From positions 3,472,001 through 3,536,000 of the forward strand of contig NC_090354.1 in assembly GCF_035084215.1 (NCBI RefSeq): a DNA stretch of 64,000 nucleotides. The letters are read 5' to 3'. How positions within the stretch are numbered: the first letter of the stretch is position 1; the number at the start of each line of letters is the position of its first letter. The notes under the pieces were generated by a model. That model worked only from the letters and a program-made list of their open reading frames with translations. It searched no databases and had not been told where the DNA came from. Both the position numbers and the translations under genes were made by a program. This DNA comes from Heptranchias perlo (Eukaryota). Of the stretch, positions 11,006-25,463 are shown one piece after another.

Positions 11006-13129
11006 GAAACTATTCATATATATTTCCTAAGTTTAGCTATAAATGCAGTCAAATATTGTTAATTCCATTTGAAAAACCCCATCTATAAATCTCTTTCTAC
11101 ACACACAAATGTATATACGTGTGTGCGTAATATGATATTTCAGGTACCTATCATGCACATAGACACAATAACACATACAAATACTGATGAGATTTATTTC
11201 CAAATCTATTCAGAGAATAAACCTACTTCTGCTTAGTGCGTTTACAGATGATTTTACATATATTTTTGCAGGCATCATATGCATGCAACTGAAGTACATT
11301 CCCCGCACTTAGACAAAATGTTGTTCTTTTGATAAATATGCAGCATCACAGCGATATAGAATGTTATAATTGTTGGTGCTGGCGTTTTAGTTTTATGTTC
11401 CATTGATGTGTAACTCTGTTGCATGCTGTAGAAGATGGAGCAATACTAGTATAATGCATGTATTTGTGTATCTGGGTATGTATACTTATGCCTCCTTATT
11501 ATTGATATTTTTAGCAGATGCATCGCATAGCCTGAAGTTTAATCTGAAATTAATAGAAAGCTGGTATCTTATACAAAAGCGAAAACGTTATCAAAGTTGT
11601 CAAGTTTGAAATCTAAAACCACATGCTTGTTATGTTCCTGCTAATATATATATTATAAGCGCACAAAGATAGAAACAGGGAGAGAGAGAGAAGTACATGC
11701 ACACACACGAACACCTGCATTCACATACATTGTAAATGTACAGCGGGATTCCTATTGAAAAATGGTAATCCTGCTATTTATACAATTCTATGTCTGTAGT
11801 TCTTGGGAGAATTATGTAAAAACTTTAAGGAGTCAAAAATAAAGTATCACCAAAATTCTTACATTCAACGTCCTTGTGTAATACTCTCTTTTTACTGAAA
11901 TTATAGACAACATGTTATCTATCAAAACGATATGATGGTGCAGGAGAATGCGACACAGAGAAAGACAGAGACGGAAAAAGAAACAGATACAGAAACAGGG
12001 ACGGAGACAGAGAAAGAACAATCCTGATTGAAGTAAAGTCTTGCCTTTCTCTAGGACGAAATTCCAGTTTTGCTTTTACATAATGTTGCAGTCAGTTCTC
12101 TTCTTGTGCAAATCCTATCGCAGGAAATTGTTACACGCGTCCTTTTCTGTTATATATAAAACAGGTCTGCAATTTGATTTAAATACGGAGACAGACAGAG
12201 GGGTGGTTACCTAAACTGTACACCTTTTAAAATCATGCAACAGATAAAAGCGAAATCAATAAAGTCTGAGAAAGAATAAATCAGCAAGGTCGGGAAACAA
12301 GTCTGTAGGAAATGTGCATGCGGATGGCTATTACATTGAAGATGTGTGGTATATGGTTTGTTGAAAGGAAGACGGTCACACAAACAATAATCAATATCTA
12401 TTCTACAATCTACGATAGACTCAATGTAAAAGTGCGTGCACTGAAATGTGAGAAATGTAACGGGGTTGAAAGTTCATTTGGAAGCTAAGCATCCAGAAAT
12501 GAAAATATACACTTAAAACATTTTTCTACATAACTTATGTCCTTTAAATAAGAAATACAACAAATTATTTTCCCAATACATACATCGTTTAGAATAGCCA
12601 ACTGCAAATTAAACACCCCGTTTGTTACATATTTAGCTGAGCGAGCGCATAGTTAAAAGTCCAAATCCTTAACATTTTATATATTTCCCAAGCGTAGCAA
12701 ACCTCGTGATTTCGCTACATTGGAACAGTCTTCTTTCATTTATTAACTTTAGCCTCATATTGTGGACTATCCTGCCGTTAATGGACGAACTTATTTTTTT
12801 CTGTGGGCTTCTCAGTTTCATAAAGCAGTTTGAAAATAATAAAACTACATAAAACGTGGCACAGATGAACATATAGTAATGAAGATAAATGTTAAATTAA
12901 TTTTCGTGACAATTTGCAAACACGGAACAAAATAGCTGATTGAGTCAAAGTTTTAGACAGGATTTTTGATATTTTATTTTTTAAGGTATCGTGCAACAGG
13001 ACCAAGCAAGAAAGGCTGGGGTAATTGAAGCAGGAGCTGTATGCTTTTTAAGTATGTGTTATATGTATTGAATCCCGGTTCTTCGACTAACGTCCAGTGA
13101 ATCACCATGACTGGGTTTGGTGGAACAAT

Positions 13130-13145
13130 GCCGCCACCTACTGGA
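13130..13145 (-). promoter_or_regulatory. CTCF core motif between HoxB8 and HoxB9
   Basis: Minus strand TCCAGTAGGTGGCGGC matches the CCASYAGRKGGCR consensus exactly. Confidence 0.7.
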
Positions 13146-14664
13146 ATCAGGGCGAAGTATTTTGGACTTTAAAAAAACACAGGGTGAAAAAAGCATTAGC
13201 AAATATGCGCAATAGAGCGATAAAATCTGACTATAAAGAATTCATTAGACCCAAACCGCGGCGAAGGAAGAATATTTAAGCTCTTCAATTCCATCATCCC
13301 ATACAATCGTAGACAGTACCAATAAACCACATCCTTAGTGTAGTGCTGTAGCGGATTGCTAACAACCCAAATTCCTAAAGGGCAGTAAAGAAGAGGAAGA
13401 AGAAAAAGAAAAAAGGGAGAAAAAAAGCTTTCAGAACTCTATTGTCTCCACCTCCGAGACTAAACAATTGGGCATTCTGCTTTAGAATAAAGTCCCAGGC
13501 ATAGGCGCGGGGTTGTAAACACAGCCAAAGCCCCCGCTCCAGACGTCTCGCCAGACTCCGTATAGCTTTTTATTGCAGCAATTTCTGGCAGCCTGAAATG
13601 GTTAGGAAGTAGAACAAAAGAGGGCGTCGCTTGCTTTAGAGTCTAAAAAGCATTTTGGTTACACCACAATATTCACCGCAAGTTTCCCCTAAAAAAATCC
13701 AGTTCCTATGTATTTCCCCTCAGAAATAAAACTCAAAGCCATATTTTTATTGCTCGCCACCTCCAATTGTGAGTTTAATTTAATAGGTTCTGAAAGTTTT
13801 CCCTTTGCTGTGTTTGTTTTACAGACGTTCAATTCTTAACCTTCAGAAATTTATACCCTATAAACTTTTACAACGGTCATATTATTTTATTGCAGCTCAC
13901 CACACTGAATTTCCTATAATGACAGACAACTTCCTAACTCCTCCTCCTCCGAGGAGCAAGGCTCATTTCTGTTTTCTTTTTGTATGCGTTTGAGTCTCTT
14001 GTGTTTGATAAAATATTGAAATGAAAACAATTGATATTACATTAGTCTTAATATACGACATGCTGATACTGTAATTATTTTAATCTAGCCTAGTAAACAC
14101 TGTTTCAAACGATCGCATTTTCCCTTTCCCTAATATGTCAGTGTTAAAGAATCTAAACATAGATTTATTTTTTAATATGGCTATGAGATATCCATAGCAG
14201 CCCATCCACTGAACCAACCTAAAGAACAGGTTTTAAAGTGGTCAGCTGCCCTCCCTCCCCTCTAATTATCCCGTTTTGCATTGCCAAGAATAAGAAGGCT
14301 TTGAAAGTACAATCAAACAAAAATGACATCTACCCTGAAGACCCGATGAAATTGATCAGCTTTTCTTTCCAGTACGGTGAAATATGCATCTTATTATCAG
14401 AGATTTATACATATGAATATTTGAAGATATATTTGTTTGGCGTGTTATTGTCTTCAATTTAAATACATTTCATTACAACATCCCTAGTAGTTGCGTGCAA
14501 ATTCCTATGACTAATTTTATAATTGATTCAGTAATATTTCTCGTAGTTTTTAAATTTTGGTTATCAACGCATTTTTGCAATATACAATTACATGTATGGT
14601 TGTAACGTAAGCAAATAGGCCGATAGGTTTCTACATTCATTTATTTTAGTCATCTTGCAATACT

Positions 14665-14806
14665 NNNNNNNNNNNNNNNNNNNNNNNNNNNNNNNNNNNN
14701 NNNNNNNNNNNNNNNNNNNNNNNNNNNNNNNNNNNNNNNNNNNNNNNNNNNNNNNNNNNNNNNNNNNNNNNNNNNNNNNNNNNNNNNNNNNNNNNNNNNN
14801 NNNNNN
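14665..14806. other. Assembly gap (N run)
   Basis: Run of N. Confidence 1.
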
Positions 14807-17457
14807 ATATATATAGATGATTGATAGATGGAATACACATCTGAGAAACAAGGGTTTAATATAAATTCCCTCTATCTGCTAAAGCAAGAGAGGCGACTTG
14901 AAACTTCCAAAGAGAGTAAAGAGTGTTGAAATATTGTCTTATTCAAAATTCAAGTTAAATAGGCCGATCGAAGGAATATTACTTAGCACATTTATTATAA
15001 CAATAAACAATGCAACTAAACTAGCAGAACATGGACAACGGGTTCTTTTTTTCTTCTTAATAGTTTATGTAAATTCTGTTACAATATATAATTTCCTCCA
15101 TGTATAAATACGTTAGATTTTACGTTCGAATTCCCCATGCATTTTATTTTGTTCCAATAACTGTGATGCTTAAGATGCAGCTTGTGCAAAATAATAAGTA
15201 ATGAACTTACATACTTTATGATATGAATCAGAGAATAAAATATGCAAAGTTAACAGCAGAAAAATGCGGTTAGGTTTTTAGTTTATAATTTGTTTCGTGG
15301 GGAGTTAATTAATGGATCAAAAGAACACAAATTAACTGATATTTCAGATCCTGTAATGATAAAAGCATGGAAGGTAAGTGAGTAACTTACTGAATGTCGA
15401 CTAACTACCCTGGGATGGAGCCAAATTTTATGAGTTTCTGAATCTTATATCCGTATCAACAACTTGAGATTATGTCTCATTCGGCGAGATACCCCAGTCA
15501 AGATTCCTTCATGAGACGGAGGCATTTTGATTTAGCTTTATTTATAGGGACACTTTGCCTAGCTTTATGCTTCTTCTCTGCAGTTGTGCGTATTCCTTTC
15601 TCTGCTGTTCTATTGACGACCGCCATTGTGTCCACTGTTAGAGAGGATTTATCGGAAAAGCCCACGAATTGAAAGATAAAATTACTGAATTACTTTTAGT
15701 CCGTATGTCTGGTATAAACACTGGCGTTTCTTCTCAATAATTGTCTCATGGTTTATCAGGTAAATACTTTGATTCCTTTGACCTTGTTTGAGATTTTAAG
15801 AATGGACTTTTATTTCTGCTTCCAAATACTTCTTTTCAATCTCTATTTGTAATTATTGACGAAGCTTATTTAATAAATATTTTTCTTTCTAATATTTTTT
15901 TTAATGGGTCTGGTTCTCAGCCATCAGGCACAGGGAGGGGTTCACATTCACAACCAGGAATGAGGCAAGACTTTAAAAAGGAGAGGCAAGCTCACGCCGA
16001 AACATCCGTTTCCAAACTTTCACCAGCATTTATTTTGCAGCCGTTTTTAATACATTCATATATTTCCATCTACTGATTGTGGTGTTAGGTGTACAGAGAA
16101 CGGTGGGTTCAAAATGTTTTTCACCATTCAGTGGGTTTCATTTATTATTACTATTATTATTAATAATAAATCACATAAGAATAGTGCAACCGCGCGCTGT
16201 TGACGTCGGATAGCTGCAGATAAAAAGAAACTAAAAGCAATTGTTGCCTTTAATTGGGGTGCTTTTAGGTAAAATAGTTGTTCATTCACCTTAAATGTAA
16301 AATGTGCACACAGCTACAAAACTCAGAACATACACCAGCTCCAAACCGGACGGAGACAGAGAGATATTGAGAAATATTTTACAAGTTGTCATCTGGAATG
16401 TTAACTTTGCTACAATTTATCCCTTTGAGCTGATCCGTTTTGTCGACTTCCTTTTGTGTAAGCTGATAGGCAAACACAATGCGAGTCCCTTCGCCAGATT
16501 ATTCCTAAACAGTATTTTATTTCTAAAATGTCATCAATTTCTTTATTACAGATCGTTAAATTTTCGCTTCGACCACAGTTAAACGTGCTTACTACAATAT
16601 TAAACCATTTTTTAAAGAGCCACGTGGTAATAGTTACCCATAGTTATACAAAGTCTTAACAAAGGGTACAGGCACCCAAACGTGAAAGCTACTAATTTAA
16701 ACCTTAGGAGTATCGTGTTGCACATAAAAATAAAATCGACAGACTCACACTCACTCAAACACGCAGACTAAAGTCTACAGAAATAGTGATCGCAAATTAT
16801 ATTATCAATCGGTTTAAATAGTAACTACTCTTCCATTGAAACAGGCAAGGTCTCAAATCAAAGAGATACAGGGATCGGGGGAAACAGCACTTAAAACAAC
16901 CGCAATGTGGTTCGAAATGGTTTTTATAAACATTCAATTTGCATGTAAACAAATGAAAATAAGTCGTGTTAAATCATTGCGAACAACAATGATTAAAAAT
17001 ATATATTTAATCGTAGGTTAAAAAGATCCTTTTTTGCAAAATGGTGCTTTGGAGCGCGGGCCAGCCCAGTCCCGCGGCAAAGGCCATCACCAAAACACTC
17101 ACAGAAATTGTAATAATTTATAAATAACCTGAAGTTTCTTTTTAAGCCACAAAGAGAGAAAACGTAGCCGGAATAAAAGCTCGCTCCTCTCTTTGGCTGT
17201 TATAGTGGATGAGAATGAGAGGAAGTTGTATCTCTTAATATCCTGCAATAAAATCCTTTACACGTGACTCTATTCCCTGAATGAATGCACTAAAATGTTC
17301 GAAATAAATAGCCGAATTGCTGGATGTTAAACCCTTACATTCTGGCTATTCTTTGCTGTGGAAGGATGTTGGTTTTCTCAGAACTACAGTGGTTTAAGGA
17401 TATATTGCAGTGATAGCAATAACCGGCTACTCGCTAAAGTTTAAGCTCAACAGCTAG

Positions 17458-17699
17458 TCACTCGAACTCTTTTACGTGCTCCTTACTGAGTCTTTTCATC
17501 TTCATCCTCCTGTTCTGAAACCAGATTTTGACTTGTCTTTCAGTCAGGTTGAGAAGACGTGCCACTTCGTGCCTGCGGTCCCTGGTGAGGTACATATTGA
17601 ATAGAAACTCCTTCTCCAACTCCAGGGTCTGATATTTGCTGTAAGGACATCTTTTCTTCCTTGTCGAACGAGCGTGTAACCAATTTGCAGAAGGGTTAT
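17458..17699 (-). CDS. HOXB9: HoxB9 exon 2 (homeodomain); absent from the ORF track
   Basis: Hand translation: [80 protein letters not shown]. Acceptor CATCAG|AT at 17700-17701, TGA at 17458-17460. 252 aa with exon 1. Confidence 0.95.
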
Positions 17700-18396
17700 C
17701 TGATGATGAGTGGAGGAGAGAGGGGGAAGAAAATCAGATCAGAATAAGAATTATAATGCGATCATATTTCTTCTATGCACTTCTAACTTTGCAATGGGAA
17801 TGGGGTGACTCTTCCAAAATGGTATCTATGCAGCTAAGAATTGAGATAGTATGTTCTGTTGTGGTCATATTCCTAAGCGTCTTTCCCTCAGTAAAGTGTG
17901 TTACTAAACTGGAAACCGCTGGGCGCCCTCGGATGGTTTAGATTTATTTTTGCTGTTTATTACTACGTTTGTAATTGAGATGTAAACGCTAAGCCCCGAC
18001 AGCATTGTATAAATTGCTTTCTTTTTTTTCTTTCTCAACGACTTCACATAAAGAAGGTTCCGCAAATTTTCGCTCACTGTTCTTCAAAAGATTGATTCAA
18101 ACAGAAAATTGCAAGGAAAAAATATGCTTTATTAATTCATTAATGTATTTATTGCCTCGTAGAGGATCGTCTGGCAAACCCGTCATTAGAAGTTTGCAGG
18201 TGGTGACTTGTGTAGCTCATAAAACAGAACTGAGGCGCATAAAGTAACAAGCAATATAAAACCAGTTAAATACGTGTAGCTAAACTGGAAGTAAACTGCC
18301 TCTAAATTAGAACCTTATTTCAGTCTCGTTTTTGCTTGATTTTCGTAAACGATAAACATTCTGAGATAAATCAAGTACATTTTCCGAACAACTTAC

Positions 18397-18913
18397 TTTG
18401 TTCTGATGTCTCTTTGTCCCTCTTCTCTTCACACATACTGTCTTCAAAGCACGGCGCTTTTCTGGAGCTGATGGTTTCGCTCACCAGAGATTCCCCGTGT
18501 AATTTTCGGAGCGCCGCTGGTAAGGTTTCCCCGCCGTGACCCGCGAGTGACTCTGTTTTCAATGAATCGTGAACGCTGGACTGTATCCCGGGTACGGCCA
18601 CGGTCCTAGGGGTCGAGTCTAACCAGGACCGCATGTACCTGCTATCAGGCGGGATGGGGTGTGACTGGACGTATGGATGGTACAATGTGGAGGCATTGGC
18701 AGAGGGCTGAGCGTACACGGGGGCCCAAGAGGTGCCGAACACGGGAGATTTCGGCTGAAAATTACAAGCAGGAAAGTCGGGGTGCTCGGGGAGCCCCGGC
18801 TGTCTGGAGACTATATATTGCCCCGAAGTGAGCTTTGCTGCTGGCGTCTCCTCGTTTTCATGACTTATAAGAGAATCGACAAAATAGTTACTAATAGCAC
18901 CAGAGATCGACAT
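18397..18913 (-). CDS. HOXB9: HoxB9 exon 1
   Basis: MSISGAISNYFVDSLISHE...FPACNFQPKSPVFGTSW...SRYMRSWL (Hox9 activation region). The true ATG is at 18913; the ORF track starts at an upstream TTG. Donor CAAA|GTAAGT. 517 nt, phase 1. Confidence 0.94.
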
Positions 18914-19090
18914 TGTCAAACATCACTTCGATTCATTGGGAAATTATATGTAAGACTAGAAATTGTTCTCTCAACTTCTCAACTAACAAAGTAGAGTTAG
19001 CTAATATGTTGTGGGCTATCTGCGAAACGATTGGTTAAAGTTTTCATGAGGCCGACAAAGCGACAATAAAACGTAAATCAATCCGCAATG
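18914..19090 (-). promoter_or_regulatory. HoxB9 leader / proximal promoter
   Basis: Minus strand GCGGATTGATTTACGTTTTATTG (Pbx-Hox TGATTTAC at 19073-19080 plus TTTTATTG) and CCAAT at ~19030, typical of Hox9 upstream regions. Confidence 0.55.
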
Positions 19091-22000
19091 GGGGTTAAAC
19101 AATTAACATCGCCCCCCGTATTAAATACTTTTAGAGGTGAAATGGGATTTAAAAAACGAACAGTAACTCACATATATACATATTGTACAACTTTCCTTAA
19201 CAATACAAAACGTGATTAATTTTAAAAGACAATCTTTTAAGGAACTATTTTGCTTCCTAATCAATCTTATCTCGTGTGACAAATTCCCACACCAGGTCTC
19301 ATAATCGTTAGTCTTATTATTACTGTTATTATCTTAAACCAACAACATAAAACGTATTAAATGCAAACATCGTAGCAGATAATTCTTGCGATATTTGCGT
19401 TTGATGGGTACACGAAACTGGTGAGTTTGGCGGTTTGGAACGCCCAGATTTGAGTTTATAATGTAACCCGAGGTTCTGGTCCCATTGAATGAAATATGTG
19501 TGCATTGTAAGTATAGCAAATTTAAACTTTATACAGCAGAGATTGTCGTGAAAATTACATCACAAACCGTGACAAGCCAATGCTTTACTTTTCTTTCACA
19601 TTTTAATTTGGACAAAAGTCCGCAATTGAGCAGGGCTAGAACGAATTGGATTAAAGACAGTTTCTTGTTCCAGTTCCTGCATTCTCAACCATCAACTTCC
19701 TTTTGTTCCCTTTGTAATGTTTTAAAGCTCACAGTTACATTAAAGACACGGCTTCATAATATTCTGCATTATAAGGCTGGGTGCTTTTAAATTACTCTCA
19801 AGACTGCTTTAGGAGAAAGGAAAGTCCATATTTTAAACAATGTTGAATTACAGTGAACGAGTGAATAATTACGATGTTTTTTAAAATATATATGCATAAA
19901 CTGTTACAGGTTAATAAGTTGTAAGTTAAATCCACGACTTCCCTTGTTATCTTTTGCATCTGTTTAAGGAGCCGCCCTTTCCGTGAGAATAAGTACCAAG
20001 CAAGATATTTGCATCGTGAAGCTAGGGCGAAATTATGAATGGAAGTTCTAAGATCACATTCGACTTCATCCATTAAAAACTGATACAAAAAATGGCGAAA
20101 TTCACAAATATGGACAAAATTTAATGGGTAGTGAGGGGTCTATATAGGTAGGAAACTGCTCGGCTTTCTAACTTACCAAACCAATTCCTTAATGTAACTC
20201 ATTAATGACAACTGACAATGTACTGGTTTGCAACAAATTAATTTAGAAGGTTGGTTGAGATAACTTGATTTGATGTGATTCAGCTCATACAAAGACTTTG
20301 CGGTTGAAGAGACTTGGATATTAGTCAAACCGCAGGGCGAGCAATGGCGAAGGCAATAAGATTACAACAAGTGGCGACTTGTTTACACTCACCAACACAC
20401 GGTTAGACGACGTTTTTTGTTAAACTTTCATTTTGTAAAATTAATGCAATAAGCTGCATTATTCAATTCAGGAAGAAATTATTTTAAATATAAATGGATG
20501 TTCATTTGTTTGAAATCACAAATCATTGGACCAACATTTCAGTCTTAATTTTGGAGCGGTTATACTGACAAGCCGTGGACTGTCAGATGGACTGCTGGTG
20601 AACAATAGCAACCGCCATTAAAATATCACAAGTGAGTTTCTGGGTATTGAGAATGTCACATGCTGAGGATAATATCTGCGTATTCCTTAATGTTATGATT
20701 GGATCCTCACTATATCTTGAGTCTCGAAAAGGATCTTACCGTTTTAAAAATAATTTACAAAATACTTGCAAGAACCTGGATAAACTATAAGCCAGCTTGA
20801 TGTGAACACAAGGGAGACTATCCAAATATTAGAACAGATCCGTGTGAACCTACACCTATGTGTTCAAATTGGTTGTTAGCATCTTGGAATTTATTCTTCA
20901 AAATATGCACAAATGTGAACATCATTCTTGGGATTATTTTGTATTTTTTACTTGCCTTGACTAACGGTGTATGTGATTTTAAAAGAACGTTCTTATTCTC
21001 TCTCCTGCACCCTCGTTCAAAAAGTTTAATTTTGCTTCCACAATGATTTCCGAAATTCAGGGGTAAACTAAAGAAAAATAATTTGACAACAGTCCACATT
21101 TCAAGACTGTATACTTTAAAACGTTTTTTAAAATCGTTAAGATGAGAGATAGGTTTCAGTTTGACGTGACGATTGTTTTAAAACAATATTATCCATAGTT
21201 TTCAAACACAGTCGAAATACTAAAAGAAAGATTATTTCAGCAGCAAAATTGTGCAGTACAAGAGTCTGCCTGACTTTCACACTGTGTCTGTAAATTGGGT
21301 AGCAAACGGATGCTTGAACCAAGAGTAAAAAGTTGCATCCACATATGTTGGTGATTGTTGTTTATATTATCGCTTCTGCAGTCACTGTGACCGAAGGCCA
21401 GGGAGCAAAGTTAAAAACAAGCTGTCATATATTTAAATAGGAATTCGTTAGAATAGTTTATATTTAATTAGTAAAGTTATGAGATATAATTATTTCGATA
21501 TGATCTTCTAAGAAATTTCATTTGTAGATATATTTATTTCTACTGCAAGAAAAAGTATATTTTTAAAATGTAAAAAATTTAGTATTTTTCGAAGTGCACC
21601 AAGTGGGCGAAAATCAGCTTTAGTGATTTAATTTGTCCAAATAATATATTTTAATCTATTTATTCAAAGCATGCCGATGTATCCGCTCATATTTGAATGT
21701 ACCTTAACCTGAAAACTGTCAATCGGCTTGTGTATTATTGTGCAAATGTTAAAAGACAGTTTACATCAGCAGGTTCAAAGACACCTGCCCATCTCTTATT
21801 CGGAATTATTTTTAAAGCGATAATCTGGAACTAGCACCATCATTACTCTATCCCGTTCGAATAGAAATTCTAGGTAGCGGTTGGATTCTTGCAAAGTTCT
21901 CAATTTACAACCAAAAAAGTCTTAAATGTACAAACTTAGTAGTTTTAAAAATGATTGTTCAATATAGTATAGAGTTTCACTGTCAATAAAGTAAAATGTG

Positions 22001-23508
22001 CATTCCCAAATGGTTAGTAACAGTACAGTTTTCTGTATTATGGGTTTATTTAAAGAATGCATTCATATATTAAGTTCACTAACAGAAACTATGCGCTAGT
22101 ATCTATATGGAAAACATGCAAAATTTAACTTGGGCGCAACGAATAGGAACCGCATTTTAACAATATAAGTCTATAAAAAGGATAAAAGATTATATTGCTG
22201 CATTCGCAGTATCTTTGCTTAATATATTGTTGCAGTCTATATGTTTTTATTGTGGCGAATTATGGGCTTTTCTTATATATTCCGAATGTATTTAGAGTTT
22301 TAAAAAGGCTTTTTTAAAAGCACATATTCGGATCTCTGCCAACCAAAAATGGCGAATGTCTCCAAACAGCAGCCACTGGCATCATGAATGGGAAAAGTTA
22401 CGTCGTTCGGGGTCGCTGCAGGCCATTTGGGTGAGAACAGCACATTTAGTCGAAGGAGGTTTAGCTGAGGCCTAGCTATACAAGAAAGTAGGCCCTTTGC
22501 TCCAGGCTACACAGCACATTGTACAATCCTACCAACCTAATAATTTTAGTGTAGTTATAAGCGCTGTGACATCTTTAAAAGTAACGAGTTTCTTTGTTGT
22601 ATTCCCCCGTTTGGCTCATTTCATAGTACATTGGAAATATGCAGATGAGCAGGAAAACAAATCAAAATCCTTTACAATAAATAGCACACCACACCTCGTA
22701 AAAAAAATCCAAGGATTCAACCCCTGATTGGAACACGCTCTGATATCCAACTGATGTTAAAATGTAATATCAAGATTTTCCTTTTTCCTTTAATGCAATT
22801 CTATTCTTAAAATCACTCGGCGGGCTAAGTGGCCGATGTGTATGTGTCTCCGTGTGTATTTTAAACAGTATTCGATAACAAATTTGCAGGTACCCCAGAT
22901 TTCAAACTGACCGTGAAAGTGAACGAATTGAAGAATATCTGCGCAAACTCGTTCAGTTTATACTTTTATATTTGAACTAACCAAACAATAAAACGGTATC
23001 AACGATACTAAAGCTTCCTCATCCGGGGGAAAGGGACTAATCGAAGGCTTGCCTTATGTGTTTATAATTGGATGCCTCCAGTTAAAAATGCTATGAAATA
23101 TAGTAAGACGTGCCTGGCTGCAATAATATCGTTCCGGCCTCTTTTATTTAATATAAAATGACGTTGCGATAGACTGAGCATTTACATTACTAGTTATGTC
23201 TGGATAAATTGCATTATAGCAAGATAAAATAATACAAGTATTGCAAGACTAGAAGCATTGATAACTTGACATTGAACGAATGAAAACCGCTCTGAGCCGT
23301 GAGTGTTTTCCTTAGATCATAATCCAAGGGTAGAAACGTTACTTCACGGACCAAAAATAATGCACTATAGAACTAATCGTGTTGGTCATCTGTTCATTTT
23401 CATCCTTGTTCGATGCATTTAAGCTTCTCTGTTTTTAAAGTCTGAAATAACTTCTTTAATGGATATAAACTGTGCAGATATTACCCGCTGACTCATGCCT
23501 GGAAGAAA

Positions 23509-23738
23509 NNNNNNNNNNNNNNNNNNNNNNNNNNNNNNNNNNNNNNNNNNNNNNNNNNNNNNNNNNNNNNNNNNNNNNNNNNNNNNNNNNNNNNNNNNNN
23601 NNNNNNNNNNNNNNNNNNNNNNNNNNNNNNNNNNNNNNNNNNNNNNNNNNNNNNNNNNNNNNNNNNNNNNNNNNNNNNNNNNNNNNNNNNNNNNNNNNNN
23701 NNNNNNNNNNNNNNNNNNNNNNNNNNNNNNNNNNNNNN
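23509..23738. other. Assembly gap (N run)
   Basis: Run of N. Confidence 1.
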
Positions 23739-24121
23739 ATCTATCTATCTACGCAGTTAGATCTTAAATAATAGAAAAGCAGAGCCAATTAGTCACCTTT
23801 GCAAACACAATACAATTCCAATATTTACCCCCAGAAAATATGCATAATTTGTACTATTTAAAACGTTGCCATGCTATTCATGCACGTGCTTGCACAGAAA
23901 TTGACATGTTAGAGTCTATCCGCGCATCAGATAAATAGACAATTAGACAGAGATATATTTCAGTTAATCCGCAATAAGAATTCCACGCTAGGCATCGTTA
24001 GCTGCACCATACTTCTACATCTTCGTAATATATAAAATGTTTTCCTACAGAAACCATGTCTTCGGGTAGCAAAATACCAGAGATTCCTCTTTTTAACTAA
24101 AATCCAAAAGTTTGCGATGAC

Positions 24122-24210
24122 AATAACTGGAGTAATTCAGGCAGTTTCTTGTCACTGCGATCAAACAGAAGCCCAACAACATGAAACTACCTAAGTCACA
24201 CAGCAGTTCC
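24122..24210 (-). ncRNA. MIR196A: mir-196 precursor hairpin (miR-196a-type; mature 24172-24193)
   Basis: Minus strand gives UAGGUAGUUUCAUGUUGUUGGG exactly, a loop CUUCUGUUUGAUC and a complementary 3' arm GCAGUGACAAGAAACUGCCUGA. Canonical position between Hox9 and Hox10. Confidence 0.97.
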
Positions 24211-25463
24211 ATTTCGCTTGCGCCATAGACTGGACCTAACGAGTCGAGTTCAATTCGAACAGTAAAATAAAGTCCAGCATTGCGAGATATGGTTTGGCTA
24301 GACATTATTCTTTAAAAAATAATTCAATTAATAAAAAAAGAAAGAAAAATGAGGGAGGATGGTTAGAAATCTCACAATCACCGACGGCTCCAAAATTGCA
24401 TCTATCTCTGTTTAATTATTCCAACAGGGCAGATTGCATCATTTTGGCCTTGCTTCGTTCGTATTTATCGTGCAAATAAACATTTAAGAATCTGAAGCAA
24501 CAGGCATCACTATACTCCATCGTTACCATAGTAATGGATCAAGGTTTTCACTTTTTAAAACCAGTCACTAGGCTGTTGTAACAACAAACTTAGTAAAACC
24601 AAACATTCAAAGTCCCCCAAAGTCAACGCAGCTGTAACCAGCCTTACAAAGGGGTCGCTGGCAAAACACAGTTAAACGTGACAAAAATGTCCTACCATTC
24701 TCATCTGTTTTCCAAAGCCTTGAAGGCAAATTTGGGCAAAAGTTAGCGGGATTCCACTTGAAGTTTGTCAAGAAAAGAAAAGCGTGACCATTTTCCTGAT
24801 CTCAAAGCTATGTTGTGTGGCATGCCACTCGGAGCCAAACTGCCCAAGTCCAACAAGTCCTACATGACAGCAACTTGCCAAACATATTTACAAGCCATAA
24901 AACTTTACAAAAGCAGACGTAGTCGTCCGTGGAGCATCGTCAGTGCCCACAGTCAAATTACGACCGTCTCGATGGTATTTAAATCACCGACACCGGATAC
25001 CAAATAAATTTCAAACTGCAGGGTTTTCTTTAGGGCTGGAAGCGTCGGAATCCCCTGTTTTTTTTCTCTCAACCATCAACTTGTCCATTTCAGGTCAATT
25101 TCACGGGTTCACAATCAGCCAACCACCATCCATGATATACACGAGCCAGGCTTGAAGAAAGAGCCACTAGCGGGTAAATGGCCACAGTAATACTTAAGCA
25201 GACGTTTAAACATTAAGAAACGTATTAAGAATTACGGAAATCCAGCCAAACACATTTTTCTTTAAATCTGCATTTTAATATTGACCCGTAACAAGGCCAA
25301 GGGAATAATGCAACGACTTTAAGCCGTGAAATATACAGAACATGCTATAAAAAAATCCTGCCAACATTTATTATACACCATGAAATTAAAATATTTCATT
25401 TAAACAGTTATTGGTGGATTTACAGTGACAATGATTTTGACCAAGTATTAACAGTTCTTTGTA

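Noticed and set aside
14588-14851. ORFs spanning N runs (also 23472-23771 and 40762-41059)
   Set aside because: Artefacts of assembly gaps.
20361-20378. CTCF-like ACAACAAGTGGCGAC (and similar at ~42828 and ~43196)
   Set aside because: Several mismatches in the core; not distinguishable from background without a PWM scan.
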